A stretch of DNA of 64,000 bases, taken from NCBI RefSeq assembly GCF_964355755.1, contig NC_092674.1:6882001-6946000 (forward strand). The letters are read 5' to 3'. The number at the start of each line of letters is the position of its first letter. Within the stretch, counting starts at the first letter, position 1. Made by a program: the position numbers and the translations under genes. The notes under the pieces are model-generated. The model had not been told where the DNA came from. It did not search any database and saw only the letters and a program-made list of their open reading frames with translations. Source of the stretch: Antedon mediterranea. Lineage: Eukaryota; Animalia; Echinodermata. Shown here one piece after another: positions 14,201 through 29,200 of the stretch.

Positions 14201-17200
14201 CCTAATTTTCCTTGTTTGTTTAGATAATTATTTGCGTTTTCAATATAAATCTTATCATTGACTTCCATTCCGTGTCTTCTTCATTTCCATGTTGGTTTTG
14301 TCTCTACTGATGAGATCATTCAGGCAATTTCCACTGGAAACTTGATAGTCTGGCTCAGACAAAGTCTGTATAGTGTTGCCGCTATGAAAATTAACAGGCT
14401 TCGGTTATTGATTGTACGTTTGTGTTTGCGTGAAATGTTTGCAGTGAGGATGTACAAAGAGTGGGAATAATAGGGTACAGGTATTTGCCATTTATTGACA
14501 GTGTCAGTCATTAACAAATTAATTCAAATATTTAGTTTTGAAAAAAGATATAATAATATGTTATTATATGAATCCAAAGGCAAATTACTAAAAAAATGAC
14601 AAAGCTGTAGGTATAAGTGGCTGAATCTCAATGGAGATATAAAATAAAATAAGCACTGAAAAAATGACAATGCTGAGGGTTTCAGTGGCTGAATCTAAAT
14701 GGAGATACAAAATAAAATAAGCACTGAAAAAATGACAATGCTGTGAGTATCGGTGGCTGGATCACAATGGCGATATAAAATAAAATAAGCACTGACAAAA
14801 TGACAATGCTGTGGGTATCAGTGGCTGGATCTCAATGGAGGTATAACATCAAAATAAGCACTGACAAAATGACAATGCTGTGGGTATCAGTGGCTGGATC
14901 TCAATGGAGGTATAACATCAAAATAAGCACTGACAAAATGACAATGCTGTGGGTATCAGTGGCTGGATCGGAGATACAAAATGACAATGCTGTGGGTATC
15001 AGTGGCTGGATCTCAATGGAGGTATAACATCAAAATAAGCAATAAGCTAAATCAAGATGATAAATTAAAACAGCCAGAAAAATCTGCAGAGCTTTCGGGC
15101 AACACTAGCCCTTCATCTTCATATTCGAACTATTATTATGTTATAGGGGCTGGACTCGATAAGTATTTTGGCCCCTTCCTATGTTAATTCCATTACTACA
15201 GCTATTATTGTTATAACTTTATTAGAAAAAAAGAAAGGAAATCTATTTGAATTGAATTGATTTGAATCAGTGCAAGTTATTATATGATTACATGTATAAC
15301 ATTTTCTTTGTCATCTTCACTCTCAACAATTACCATTGTTATCATCATCATACTGTGATAAAAATTATATCATTATTATAATCATATTTGTCATCATCAT
15401 TTATTATCATCTTTGTCACAATCTTCCTCACCAAGTAATGATTCAAATTCTGGCGGATCCGATGGTGAAGTTGCTGATGGATTGACAGGTCAGGTTTCTT
15501 TCTTTCCAGCAATCTTTCTTGAGCAGTTTCAATAACATTATCATAATGGCTTAATACTCTAATGCCATTTCCTTTAGTCAGCACATCAAGGAACCATGAA
15601 TATCATTACAAGATACTACTGTATTTTACAATAACATTTGCCAGATTTTTTACAATATTATTTTACAAATAAGGCACTTTAATAAGTACAGATTGATTTG
15701 AAACTTGAAAATAATTATCTTGAAAATTAAAGGTTGTAAAATAAAAATTTAATGTAATTTATTCCTTAATATTAAACTGGACATTTTGGATAGACCTATA
15801 TGAACCAGCCACCAGTTCACCCACCAGTTCACCCACCATGATCAGTTCTTTAACATCCAGTGTACATGCACAATGAGAGTAAAGACCTGCCTAGGATACA
15901 CTCTGACAAAATGATCCCCTTAACTCAATCTCTGAAAAGTCAATTGAAAATGCAATTAAATCTTCTTGCATTCAGAAAAGAACCATAGTTTTATATACAC
16001 AGTTTAAAGAATAAAAATAAAGTACTGTATATCCGGTATTTTTATTATTGGCAAAGATACAGAGATTTTTACACAGCTATTTGGTTTTGGTCTCGTCTAT
16101 GTTTTGGGTCTTTAGGTCTAAACTAAAGGCTTTCTTGTGCATACAAAGTGGTCTTCTCTATAGGCCTCTTTATATCTTAAACCTAAGCTTCCAAAAATAC
16201 AAAAAGTTCATTCACACTCCTCTCCCCATCTTCCAGGTGTCTCTCTGCGTACTAGTTCATGATTTAGTAAAGCCATACATACCTTCTGATTGAAGCCATT
16301 CTTAGTATAGTAGCATAGTTTCTGCTAGTATTTCTACTACAGATCACTGCTTATATAATCCCATTCTGTCCTTTACAATTATCATTAAACTTCAATTTAA
16401 TATAATTTTTTTTCTGACATGAAGAAATCAAAGCAGACAAATATAATTGATTTCTATTTATAACTTTATATTAAATATCGATTTAAGATAAAGGTAATTG
16501 TACTGTATGAAACTTTATATCTTATTTATACTTATTTTAATTCCTTGTAAGTTTAAAATTGAAAATTGTGTTTTATGTGCTTTATCCAATATAATGTGAT
16601 ATGTAATAATTTTCTTATACAATATCATAAACATGTTTTATGTATTCCTAGCAGGGGAATTTTTTTTTTATTTCTCCAGTTGATCACCTGACATCTGATT
16701 ATACATCTGTACGTTTTTTGCTTTGTTTTTTTTGCATTGATAGTTCAGTAGCGTTCAGTTATTTTTATTACTGATATGAAGATACCTTAATATATAAATA
16801 CCACGGGTTACTAATCACAATGCGGAAAAGGCTGTCAGATGTTTGATGATGAATTGGCAGCTGGTAAGGCTGGAGCTCAGAATTCTAGGCTAATAAGAAA
16901 CTGGGGACCGGGACTTGTAGGCCAAAAACAGGCTTGTGTTGATTTGCTTGCGGGTGTACTGTACTGTAGGCCAAGGTGTTGTGGATTGGGGTTGGCCAAT
17001 AAACGGCTGGTGTTTCCTTGGGTTGGGCTATGACACAGCTGGTACAGCTTGGGTTTAGGCCAAGAACCTATGATCCAACACTTTTAGCTTCACATTCAGA
17101 GGGCTTAATTCAATTTGTCATGTTTGACACCTTGATTAGAACACACAGGGCAGGCACGTGTCTAACATGGATTTCAAGTATTCCAATATATTGTATTTGT

Positions 17201-20200
17201 ACATACCACTGGTATGATATTTATGTGTATGTTCATTTATTTTATTGGTAGATTTTAGTACATTTATTGTCATTCTAAGAGCTGCTGAATACACAGTAAC
17301 ATTACCTAAGCATATAGCAAAACATCTGACCATAAATATTTAAGTTATATCTGTATTTTTTCTTTTACCTTTCACTATTCTTGTTGACTTGGACTTGGAT
17401 TTTTAAACTATTTGGATTAATTTTTCACATGATAAATATTTTATACAGTAGATTAGAATCCTCATTAAGAAACCTAACGTTTCCATTTTCTCTTCTTAAT
17501 GGACTGTCCTCTGAACAGGGATTGGACATATTGCAGTACCCCTGTTTGTTTGGAGGAAAGTGTCCTTAAACTGGTGTTCCCTGAATAGGGATGTCCCAAA
17601 GGAGGAGTTTTACTTTTATTGCTTAAATTAATAGATTGTACAATATCTTCATTTTAAAAATTCAAAGAAGTAATTTTCTTATTTCTTATTATTTCCAAGT
17701 ATTGAATTACCGCAATGAATAAGAATATACAGTTAAATAAATATCAATATAGTTCCATGGCAATGTCCATATCTATTATACAATATACATAAAATAAATA
17801 GGCCTCCTATTTACATTTTAAACTATATTACTACAACATCTGATGAGAACATTGCAAACTGTAGGCCTACAGTTAGTAACATGCTGATCAGCGCACACCT
17901 AAAGTCCCAGCGGCCTTTTCGGCTGACCTTAATTCAATTAGTATGACTCTAAAGCATACATACTTATGTATGTTGCTGCTGTTAATGAGTTTGAATGTCT
18001 TACATTCCACACTTGTATCTATGGTACTACAGTTGAAGCCCTCGTTTTGGACACCCCTATTGATGGGTTTAGGACACCCCTATTGAAAGGACACCCCTAT
18101 TAATTTTGTTGGGTCCAAAAGGTGTCCCCATAAGAGGCGTTTTACTATAAGTAGAAAGTGTCCTCTTAATAAGGTTTTTGTTTTTTTGATTGTCACCTAT
18201 TCAAGAACATAAATAAGTCTATTTCATTACCTGGATAAACCGACATTTGCCTATTCTTTCTGAGAAGATAGCTACAACTCGAATATACAAAATTATGAAA
18301 CACCCCTGTCGGATAATGGTCAAGAAAATATAAACTTTCAATTTAACTCCTTGATTTTTATTAATTGATTAACAGCTTATCGATTATTAAATCAAATAAT
18401 TCTTCTACTGTTTTTTGTTTAATACTTTATTTGGCAGTTCAGTTTCCAGGGTCCATGCCGCAATCATTCTGCTGCAGTTACTGAAGTAATTACATTTTTT
18501 AAACCATTTAAGCCTGTTTAGCTAATACAGAATTTAGCACACTTTTTGAGTATTAAGTCATATACCCTGTTTATTGTTTTTTGTAGTGGCTGCCTTCTCA
18601 TAAGTTATTGCATTCAAAAATGTTGTTTCTGCAGTAACTGCAGTAGAATAATTTCAACATGATCCCTAATAGTAATAGCTATTCTACATAAAACATGAAT
18701 AAATATATTACCAAAGGCAATATCATTCTTACTACTGTACTTCCGCATCAACTGATTTAAAAGTTTGCCGCACTCGTGGAAAGATATCCCCGACGACTGC
18801 TAATTAATGTGTTGACTAAGTACCTGTACATGCTGAATAGCATAACCTGACAAAATGGTGCACGAGAAATTTATAAATTCTTTGCTTTGCTAGTGATGTA
18901 AAGGTTAACTCTTGGTATGTCTTCATAAATTATCTCAGTCTGTTTCAAAATTTTAATAGATGAGTGTAAGAATGAGTATTTTACTATTTCTTGGCTGTTT
19001 TCGTACCAGATATTGTATTAAATTAAAATCGCATCAAAATATAAAAACAGGCATAAATACAAAATCTATTTCGTGCCTAGTTTGCCCTGGATAAACCAAC
19101 AATAGCCTTTCTCCTTGAAGAGCAAGATATAACTCGAAAAGTTTTCATTGAATCCCCCTCTCTACAAATGGTATAGTGCATGAACTATACCCTCAAGTAG
19201 GAGCCTCCCCACAAACCACCATCATCGTTTCTTTTTGAGACATGGAATATTGTCGGTTTATGCAGCACTCAAGGACTACCAACAACACTGTGGTTTGTGT
19301 AACCAATGATCAATTATATTTAGTCCTATTTTAAACTCTACACTATTATTAAACTAGTTGGACAAAAAATATGGTAGTGATATTCAGTACCCAAAATGGT
19401 AGTGATATGACATCATCATGTCCATATAATGTGCACATAATTTTTGTCACATACAGTAGTTGGATAGTGTAGACAGAACTTTACAAAATCTTTTAAATAA
19501 AAGTGTAAATAAAATTAAGTATTTAGTTCTTCCAGATTCTTGAATAATCAACTTACTGATACATGTATAGCAACATAGCATGTAAGTATACCAACTAATG
19601 CAAGAATCTGTTATTATAACATAGAATGAAGAACAACAGGTTCTTGAAATCATTCGTAGAAGCGAAAAACAGATTATATGAAAAAAACATTTAATGTCTT
19701 TTTTCACTCTGATAAAGTAGGGCAGATCAGAAAGTTGACATGTATCATAAGAATACTAGCGACTAGAACGAATAAATTAAGACACCATTACAGTAAATTA
19801 TTGTATGTGCTTCACTGCAAACTTTCTTTTTAATAGTGAGTAGTGATAGTGGCATATGATTAAAATATAATCATTACATTTTTTTTTTCGTTATAAAAAA
19901 AATTATCAATTTGTAATTTCCTGAATTTAAAGGGAATCTTCTAGGAATTGAACGTGATTTAAAATGGATATTGTAACGAACCAGTCATAAGTCAATACAG
20001 AATTTTATGTTCTGGAAGACGAATGACTGTAAAATATTTGAAAAAAACAAAACTTTAAATGTTGTGTTGTGATTAAAAGATTTACCAAAGTAAAATAAAT
20101 TATAAAAACCTCATTTCCAAGTCTCTTTCAAATAAATATAATAATTAAACAATAATATGAAATAACTAAACTTGAACGCAAAATAGCCAGAGACAAGTGA

Positions 20201-23200
20201 TAATAAACAGAGACAGAAATACCATCATTAAACAGAAGTTAATCTTATTACAAATGATTTAGACCATGCTATATTTATTAAAACAACAAACATGTCATAC
20301 CGTACTAAAAATACTGCATAGCCATACTTACAATTTCACTTCAAAATTCAACATAAATTATGCCTCATATATTTTGATACTTTTGTAATTATAGTATAAC
20401 AAATGTCCAGTGAAGAATTTCTAATAATTTTTTTCTCTTTTGTGGGGATTTCACCCACTTTTATTTCTTGTATACAAATGATTATTTAATTTTATATAAT
20501 AAATTTATTTTTTATCGTTATATTTATTTTCTTCTTATATAACATGTTCAATAATATGTTTCTCTATTTTTAATTTGGATAATATTTTTAAAGGCCTATT
20601 TTTTTTGTCCAATTTTTACTTTGTTTGAATAATTGGTCCTGTACGACTATCACAAGATATTGCATGTGAATGTACTCTACCAAGTTGTTGAATACATTAA
20701 TTTTAATTATGTATGCGTTTTGTTAAATACAATTTTACAGACTCCTATTCTGTGGTTTTAAATATCACAATGATTCGCCAAGTGATGTTTTCTTTAGATT
20801 AATGTTTACCTTATCATTTTAGTGTACAGTGAATTTTACAATCATATAAATGAGGATCTGGGCTATTACTAAAAGTGTTTGACTCTTATGGAGCGTTTAT
20901 TAATCTTAAACAGTTACCAAGAAAATAAAGCACTATATTTTATCATGAACTTTTGACAAATGATTAAAAAAAATAATAATACTTGTTTTTCTCAGAGCAC
21001 ATTTCTTTTAGGAAACATTTTTTTTTCAAACATGACTTTCCAAGAAATTCGATGTTTGCTTAAAATTTAAATAAATACAGTATCAACAATTACACCTGTA
21101 ATGGTCACTTAAGTCAAAATACATTCTACGTAAAGTTAAGCAACTGCCATCTAGTAAACATGCTCTTTGTATGGTTTTTAACTGGTTCATGTAAGACTGC
21201 AAAAGACACACATTTGAATGTCAATGAACTACATTGGACCCTAAGACATAGCCTTTAGTTAACAAACAAAATACAGAAGTTGACATCACCCCGATGATAA
21301 CGTAATTAATAGTGAAATATTAAATCCTAAATGTTTCATTGCTTGGAGTAAGTATTATACTGTAATATACTTAAATTTGAGTTTTTCTATATAAATGATG
21401 AAAACGTTGTCAACACGGCTAGTAGAGTCCCATATTTTACTTTTTGATAAATTAACTAAATTAAACCCTTTAGGATTTTACTCAAATCTTCTTGTGTGCT
21501 ATGTAAAACTGAAGAATTTCTTTTTATGCTACACAAGCCAAATGCACAGAATAAATATCAAACTTTGTGGTTCAAAGAGCAGAACACTAGTTTCACTAGC
21601 CCATTAGACTAGCAAATTTTGACCAATTCGTCACAGATTAACAGACTATTAGTCTACCATTATAAAAGCATACGCTTACTAAAGCATGGTTCCCACTAGA
21701 GATGCAACGCAAGGACAAAGACGCAACACAAGCGAGTTGACCAATCACAAGTGACAGTTTGAATAATCTGTTGTATGTGATTGGTCAAATCACGCGTTGC
21801 CTTGCGTCTCTAGTAAAAACCAAGCATTTAATACACAGTACAGTAGTTACTGTAGATCCTGACTGGATGACATGAACTGGTACAAAAGAATGTTTTTCTA
21901 TTATTATTAATAATACCGTATTTTCCGGAGTATAGGTCGACCCCAAGTATAAGTCGACCCCCAACTTTGGCCTAGAATATCGTTGATTTTGGTATGACCT
22001 GAATATAAGTCGACCCCCAAAATCGGCTAATAACACAACTTCGGACGGACGTAATGACGACGACTTCGCCGCCGTCTTCACCAGCCTATAATAAATGACA
22101 GCGATGTAGCGTTACTTGCCATCAGCGATGTTTTTGCGCGTCACTCGAATAAATTAAAACAAGTTTTCCATTAGGAGGCTTATTATTGTACAGGCAAGTA
22201 GTTGTAAATCGCGTTATCTGTAAATGTAGAATTTATTTTATCAATAGACATGCGCAGTAATTGTAATTACGAACAAACAAACAAACTGCGCATGTGTATA
22301 GATGAAAATATCGCGCAATAACAAACATGCTGCATGGACATTCCGCCGACGTCTGTGGTGTGTGTTACGATGTTTTCGCGAGAGTGAATAAGAAGCATAA
22401 AGAAAACTATTTATTCTTAATTATCTTAAAAGCGTAATATTAACATCAAAATGAGTAATTGTGATATATTAATATTTTATTGACCAGTACTTGTTGGAGT
22501 TGTATTATTTTGTACAATGTAGGTATTAAATTGAAAACTTCTGTGAGTGATTGATGATAGGCCATTGTCTGACCTTGCTGGGCCTTGACAGCTGACGGCT
22601 TTTGAACAATTTTTTTCAAAAATCGCATGGTCAGAGTATAAGTCGACCCCCAGATTTTGCAATTAAAATTTTCCCACAAAGTCTTGACCTATACTCCGGA
22701 AAATACGGTAGTGTATTATCATCAGAGCGGTGAGTGGCCAAGCGGTTAAAACAGTGGAACCGTAATACCTTGCCATATTACCGGTAAGGGTTCGAGCCTC
22801 ACTCGCTCCATGGTTCTGGTGGTAGAACAAGTCTTCTCGGATAAGGACTATAAACCGTAGGACCAGTATACACATCTGGCTCATATGAACTTTAAAGAAC
22901 CTACAGTAGTACATCTTTCGAGATGAGTAGGGGGTTACCCCGGTGTATTAGTACACACACAACCATTGTCACTCATCAAGAGGGCTCCATGATTATCAAC
23001 ATATGCTGTTTAGGGTCACCCAAGGTGTAATAAAAAAATAAATAAATAAATCATTTGTAATGCTACAGTAATGCCATGGAGGTTGTTACACAATGATAGT
23101 AATAAATCGAGCCTGTATATTGTTAATAATTATATGTACTACTGCTACTACTGGTTTCTATCATGTATTTAGATTATTCTTAATTATCAATTAAGTATAT

Positions 23201-26200
23201 TGGACCATTTGATCGATGTATACTAATGACTCATTATCACATGTAATATATTTAATCATTAATTAACCAATTCAAGGTCTCTATGACAAAATTCAATTGA
23301 TAGTTCTCTCATCATTTCAAGGTTAAAAAAAACACAATACAACCAGAATCCGTAATGAAAGCATTTTATTTTTTTAACATAATGAACTAGTAGTAGTAGA
23401 AATGTACTGTATCATATACATGGGTTTATTGTTACAAATTACAGTTGTAATTTTTTTCCATTGTTAAGATAATTAATATGGAATTTTAAGAAATTTATAA
23501 TTCAAATCAATCAATGCTGTTATTAATTTAAATTAATTTAAATTTGGATAATTTAGTTGGTACAGTGTGCAAATTAATGAATAAATGAATTTTAATTATA
23601 AATATTATTTGATGTATATCTCTGTTAATAATAATAAATGTTTTACAGTCACCTATTTCCAAAACAGAAATATATGACACCAACAAACAGTTTGTTGGTA
23701 ATGACTTCAAAATACAGTACTGTATATTGAAAAGATTTAAGCCATGAAATAAATCCTAATTAACCCAATGAAATAACAAAAAATTCAACCTATGCTGAGG
23801 AACCGGCCATCAACGCTCTGTTTGCGTGCAATCTAAGGTGCTTACTCAGAGCCACAGAGTTTGTACTTACCAGGAGTTGTGCAGTAAAACTCCTCTCCTT
23901 AGAAAAAACCCATATTTAAGGAAAATCCCTATTATGGGGAAACCCTAGTATAGTACTATAGTGTAAGGAAATACTTTTCTTTGAATCAATGATGGGTAAT
24001 GTTTTTTTTCTAGGTATGTCTAACTGAGCTTTTGATTGTTATTTCCCAGTAAACACACTAAACATGGCCTGTGTCATGAAAATAATACATTTATTTATAA
24101 CTGTAGGTGCCACCTTACAATAGAAGGAAGTAGTAAAACAAGGTGTAGGCAATTGTATGCCTAACTTACCTGGAAAAACCAATACATGCCCTTTCTCCCC
24201 CTAAAAAGTAATACACCTTTAAAACAAACAACAACTCCTCTTAACAAATCTTTCAACAAAACAATTGACCTTTTACCAACATTTTAATATCCAAATTCTT
24301 AAATTGGGTGCTTACCAGAAAGCAATATGTGAAAAATACCGAAATCATGAGTTTTAACCTGTACTTTATGATAAAGATCGTGTAATAATATTGCATACTA
24401 AATGACTCTATGTAGAATAATAATTTACAAGTTGTGTTACTTACAACGGCTTATCTGGATTACGTTGTCTATATCTCTTCTAATTACTGTTTGCATAATC
24501 AAAGCTAAATCATTTGACCGTGTTAAAAGTGCAATATTCACCTGGTGTAGGCCATATAGTGTCTTCTCTAATCATTCTCCCATCAAAATTAATATGTTTT
24601 TGCAGTTGCTACTGATATAATCGAGGAGAAATTAACTCTTTATTAAAATTGTTTTCATCCCTTATCTTATTATAGCTGGTAATTTTAAAATTTAACTGTT
24701 GTCGTATGATGATTGAAAGACTCTGCAGTGTATCTAGGAATAGGAGCTGTCAATTTTTAAAGTTCTAGATGTAAGGTATTAGACATAACTTTGAAAATAT
24801 TAATCTTTCATAGTACAACAGTATGGTAATGCCTACTGTTTTCAGTGATATGTGTTCACCTCCACAATTAGGATTAACTTTTTGGAACAGTTTACCCGGA
24901 TAAACCAATAATGCCCTATTTTCTTGAAAAGGACAGAGGAGAGGTAGAAGAAACAGCTCCTTGTCTACAAATAGAATAGTCTTCTTCTACTATGATATAC
25001 ATACATTGCTTAACAACCTCTTATCTTGGTTCTCAAGATTTCTTTACCCAATTACCATTGTTAATAACATAAGCATTGTTTGTTTCCCAACCGGTACATT
25101 TGTGGATCCAGGCTTGTGAAATAGAGGGTGTGATTGGGGGACTAAAAGGGAAATAAAGTGCTGAACCAAACCTAATTTCCTATCTTGTTCATATTTTAAA
25201 ATTTAGGGGAGATTAAGGAAAGCATTGCCCCCTCCCCCTCCCCCTTTGGATCCACATATGTGTAATTGGTTATTTTCTTGCTATGTATATAACATATGTA
25301 ATTTTTAGAATAATTTCACAAGTTATAAATTTACATTTTACATTATGTTTTTTTACAAATAAGAAAATAATGCCTTGGGCTACTGTATATTATTATTTGC
25401 AAATTAACAACAGGCGAATCTAATAATTTAGCCCAAAGGTATTGTGAGAATTAATGAGTATATTTTATAAGGCGTCTTTTTTTTACGGTTACATAAACAG
25501 CGTTATTAGTTTTGGTATTTTTAAATATGTAATTTACTCATGGGAGATTAAATTGCATGATAATCTTACCTGGTGAATAAAAATAATACATATTTATATA
25601 ATAATAATATTATGTTAAACTCTGTCTGCAGCACACTAATAAACTTTATGTGACAACAAAAATTTGCCCATATAATGGACATGATGATGTCATATCATTT
25701 CCGTATTTGGGCATATGTTTGTTTGTTTCTTTATTTTCATTCATATAAACATACATAAATAATCATTACAAAACAAAAGAATAGAACATAGCGTATAAGT
25801 AGAAACCCCTTGTTACAAAACAGTATATATAAATAGAAATATGAAAAAAGGCACAATTGCATTTGCAAAAAAATGTAACTTTTAAGAAAATCCTGAGAGT
25901 AAAATTTTTTTTTTAACACTTTTTTTTAATCAAAGTAGTTTGATAGTGTAGACAGAGCTTTACTATACAGAATTTCCTTTGATAAGAGACACATGTTTAT
26001 CGTCCCGGCAGCCATCTTTGCTGTTGTTAACATTCTGCGAAAGGTGAAGTTGTTACAATCAACACACAACATTTTTTATCATCCTTGTCTCTGAAGTATT
26101 CTGCAATAACCTCTGCCCTATTTATTTATTTTTTTTAACTCTTCACGTTTGCATAAAAAGTTATTATATTTGTCGCATAATGATCAGTGATTGCCAATTT

Positions 26201-29200
26201 TTATAAGAATTATTTTTAGCTACTTAACTTCTCGGATTTTATTTTCACTGTGTGAATTTGACATTTGCTTATTTCAGAATACATTAAAAACAAATGTCAT
26301 CAGACACTCGTGTATTTTTATGAAATATTCAATGATTGTCTTGTGCGATTTTGAGAAATATGTATTATGATTATAGTGAAAATTGTGATGATTATGATTA
26401 TGACAATGATTGTATCTGTGATGATGGTTTTGGTACTATAATATTGTGGCGATAATGTGTTTTACGGTTGTGGTGATTGTTATGGTATAGTGGTGTCGGA
26501 GATATTGCCACCTGGTAGTATTATGTTATTACGTAAAGGGATGTGGTTTTGGTACTGTAGTAATGTGGTGTTGGTGGCGGTTGTGATGATGTTGTTATGG
26601 TATACTGGTGTTGGAGATAAATGTGGTTTTCACATGGATGATGGTTTTGGTAGTAATATGGTATTAGTGGCGGTTGTGATGTTGTTGTGTTGATGGTTTT
26701 TACATAGTAGTGTTGAAGATAAATAATGATGTGGTTTTCACATGGGTGATGGTTTTGGTAATAATGGGGTGGTGTTGGTGTCGGTTATGATGTTGGTGTC
26801 AGTTATGATGTTGTTGTGGTGATGGTTTTGTGATATTAAATGATGATGTGTTTTTCACATGGATGATGGTTTTGGTAATAATTGGTTGATGGTAGTGATG
26901 TGGTGGTGATGAGGGTGGTAGTGATGGTTATGTTATAGATATTGGAATGGTGAGTATCGGTAGTGTTAAAGTTATCACATTGTGTGACAATAGTGACTTA
27001 GTTGTGGTAAATGGTAACGGTATTGGTTATGATGTAATGCCTTCAATTATAGAAGTGCTAATGGTTGGTGATAGTGAATGAGGATAATAGTGATATACAT
27101 GGTAGTGGCTGGTGTTGGAGGTTTAATTTGAGGTCTTGGTAGTAATTAACTAATTCCTAAGACAGCAAAACAAAACATGTTATACTTCCCTAATTTGTTT
27201 TTTAATTGCTGTTGAATATGAAAAGTATATTTGCTATGGAATGACCTCTTGTTTTCATTTCACAATAGCATATAATAATCGTAATATAATAGCAGAAATG
27301 ATTATGAAGGCTACTGTGCATTTCCAGCTGAGACAATCTTGAGACTTAACTTAGTGGTATTCCAACATTGACAGGTACATACTTGCATTCCAGCCAGCTC
27401 ATCATGCTCTCTCACTCAGTCTGATCTTATCTGTGTGTGTTAAACTGATGTTGCTTTGTGACTGTTAAACTTACTATTGTTTCGTTTTTCTTTTAGAGTG
27501 GACAAACTCCATTGATATGTGCTGCAAACTCGGGAAGGCTGGATATTGTTATTGAATGTTTGCGATTGGGAGGCAATGTTCGGGCTATGGATGAGGTAAA
27601 GTACTATAGTATTAGTTTGTAGTTAATGGCATATCTCTTGATTATAATACTAAAGTGCCTGGAATCAATCCCAGAGTACTTTAGCTTATCAGTGAGTTTT
27701 CTTTGTGCATTGTCTTATAATCAACTTTCACAGTTCTTAGAAGTAAAAGAATTTTATTTCATTTGAAATAACCTAGCCCGCATCAATATTAAGTATTTAC
27801 AGTATTATATTTAATAGGTGCTTTGTTTTTTGTAGTTAGTATCATTTAATAAGAACATTTTAAAATCGTTTTAAGAACAATATTTAGGGATATTTATCTT
27901 CATTTATTAAATTTATTAAACAGATTTTAACTTTAACCTTTAAAGATATTTTGTCTCCCTACAATTTTTTTTGTTAAATATACATTTTAATGTCACATAT
28001 TAGTTATTCACTTTGACCAAAAACTGAATTGGAAAAAAATATATTTTCCTGAAATAAAATGTAATTTAAAGCAAAAAAATACCTAAATTGTCTGACAGAC
28101 AATGGTTTTTGGTTAAAACTAACTGTTTTGTCTTTTTATAAGTGAAATAATTTTTTTTCTATATAAGTGAATAACTTTATTAAAATTGCAAAATGAACTA
28201 TTCAAAATCTGATTTTATTAATCTTTATTTTTCAGGTTTTTGGGGGACAATTAAGCATTAAACAAATTTAATAAATCAATGCTTCATTACGTTTTTACTA
28301 CTAAAACAGTTGTTTATTTAGTGTAGAGTGTATATCAAATTAGTTGAATATTTATATTAGTTGGCCATCGGATGCTTTTCATATTTCATCTGAATCAAAA
28401 CGTGACAGACTGATTTCAAATTCACTAATATTAAGTTAATAAATGTAAATATAATTCATTTATTCAACAATATAAGCAATTGTTTCATATTTGAGTTGAA
28501 AGCTACTAGTCTACTAGAATAGTGTAAATTGTCTCCATTTACATTACAATGTGAAACGCTATATTTTACAATGAACTCTGACATTTTCAAACCATGTTTG
28601 GGTGTGCTTTTTTATTTATTGATATATTTAAATTTTATTATTATTATTCCAAAAATATAATACATATAATATAATACATATAATAAAAACCATATTTACA
28701 ATTCGTGGCCAAATTGCAAGAAAAAAACAATATCACATAAATATAAAAATCTGATAAAATAGTTTATATTTACAATACCAATTAAGGTGAAACAATCACA
28801 ATTTATAGTATGAAATATTTCAATTAAATATGTAAATTTTGATTAAACATGTCATTTAGTTTACAAACATTAGGCACAGGTGTTGTTTGTATATAAATAA
28901 AATTTATTTTTACAATATTTGTTGTTGAATATGCAATTTTAATTTCACATAATAGATATCAACTTTGATCAAAAATTGGATCTAAACATAATTCATTTAC
29001 CTGAAAAAATTGTATTGTGGTCAAATTGGCTACCAGCCAATGGATTTTTGGTTGAATTTACCCATTTATTATGTTATTTTATAAGTGAAAACATTTTTTT
29101 TCTACTGAAGTGATTAACTTTATTAAAACTACAAAATAATCTATTCAAAGTCTGATTTAATTAATCTTCATTTTTCATGTTTTTGGGGGACAATACATCT

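Noticed and set aside
15348-15584. Minus-strand 78-aa ORF as a nested gene exon
   Set aside because: Non-ATG start, runs into an (ATC)n tract, and has no recognisable domain or partner exons
21331-21347. ATG-initiated mini exon with donor GGA|gtaagt
   Set aside because: Phase 2, out of frame with exon 2; recorded as a counter-example to the alternative-first-exon idea
22725-22810. tRNA gene
   Set aside because: A/B boxes are present, but there is no clean cloverleaf or oligo-T terminator and it continues into a SINE body and (AAAT)n tail
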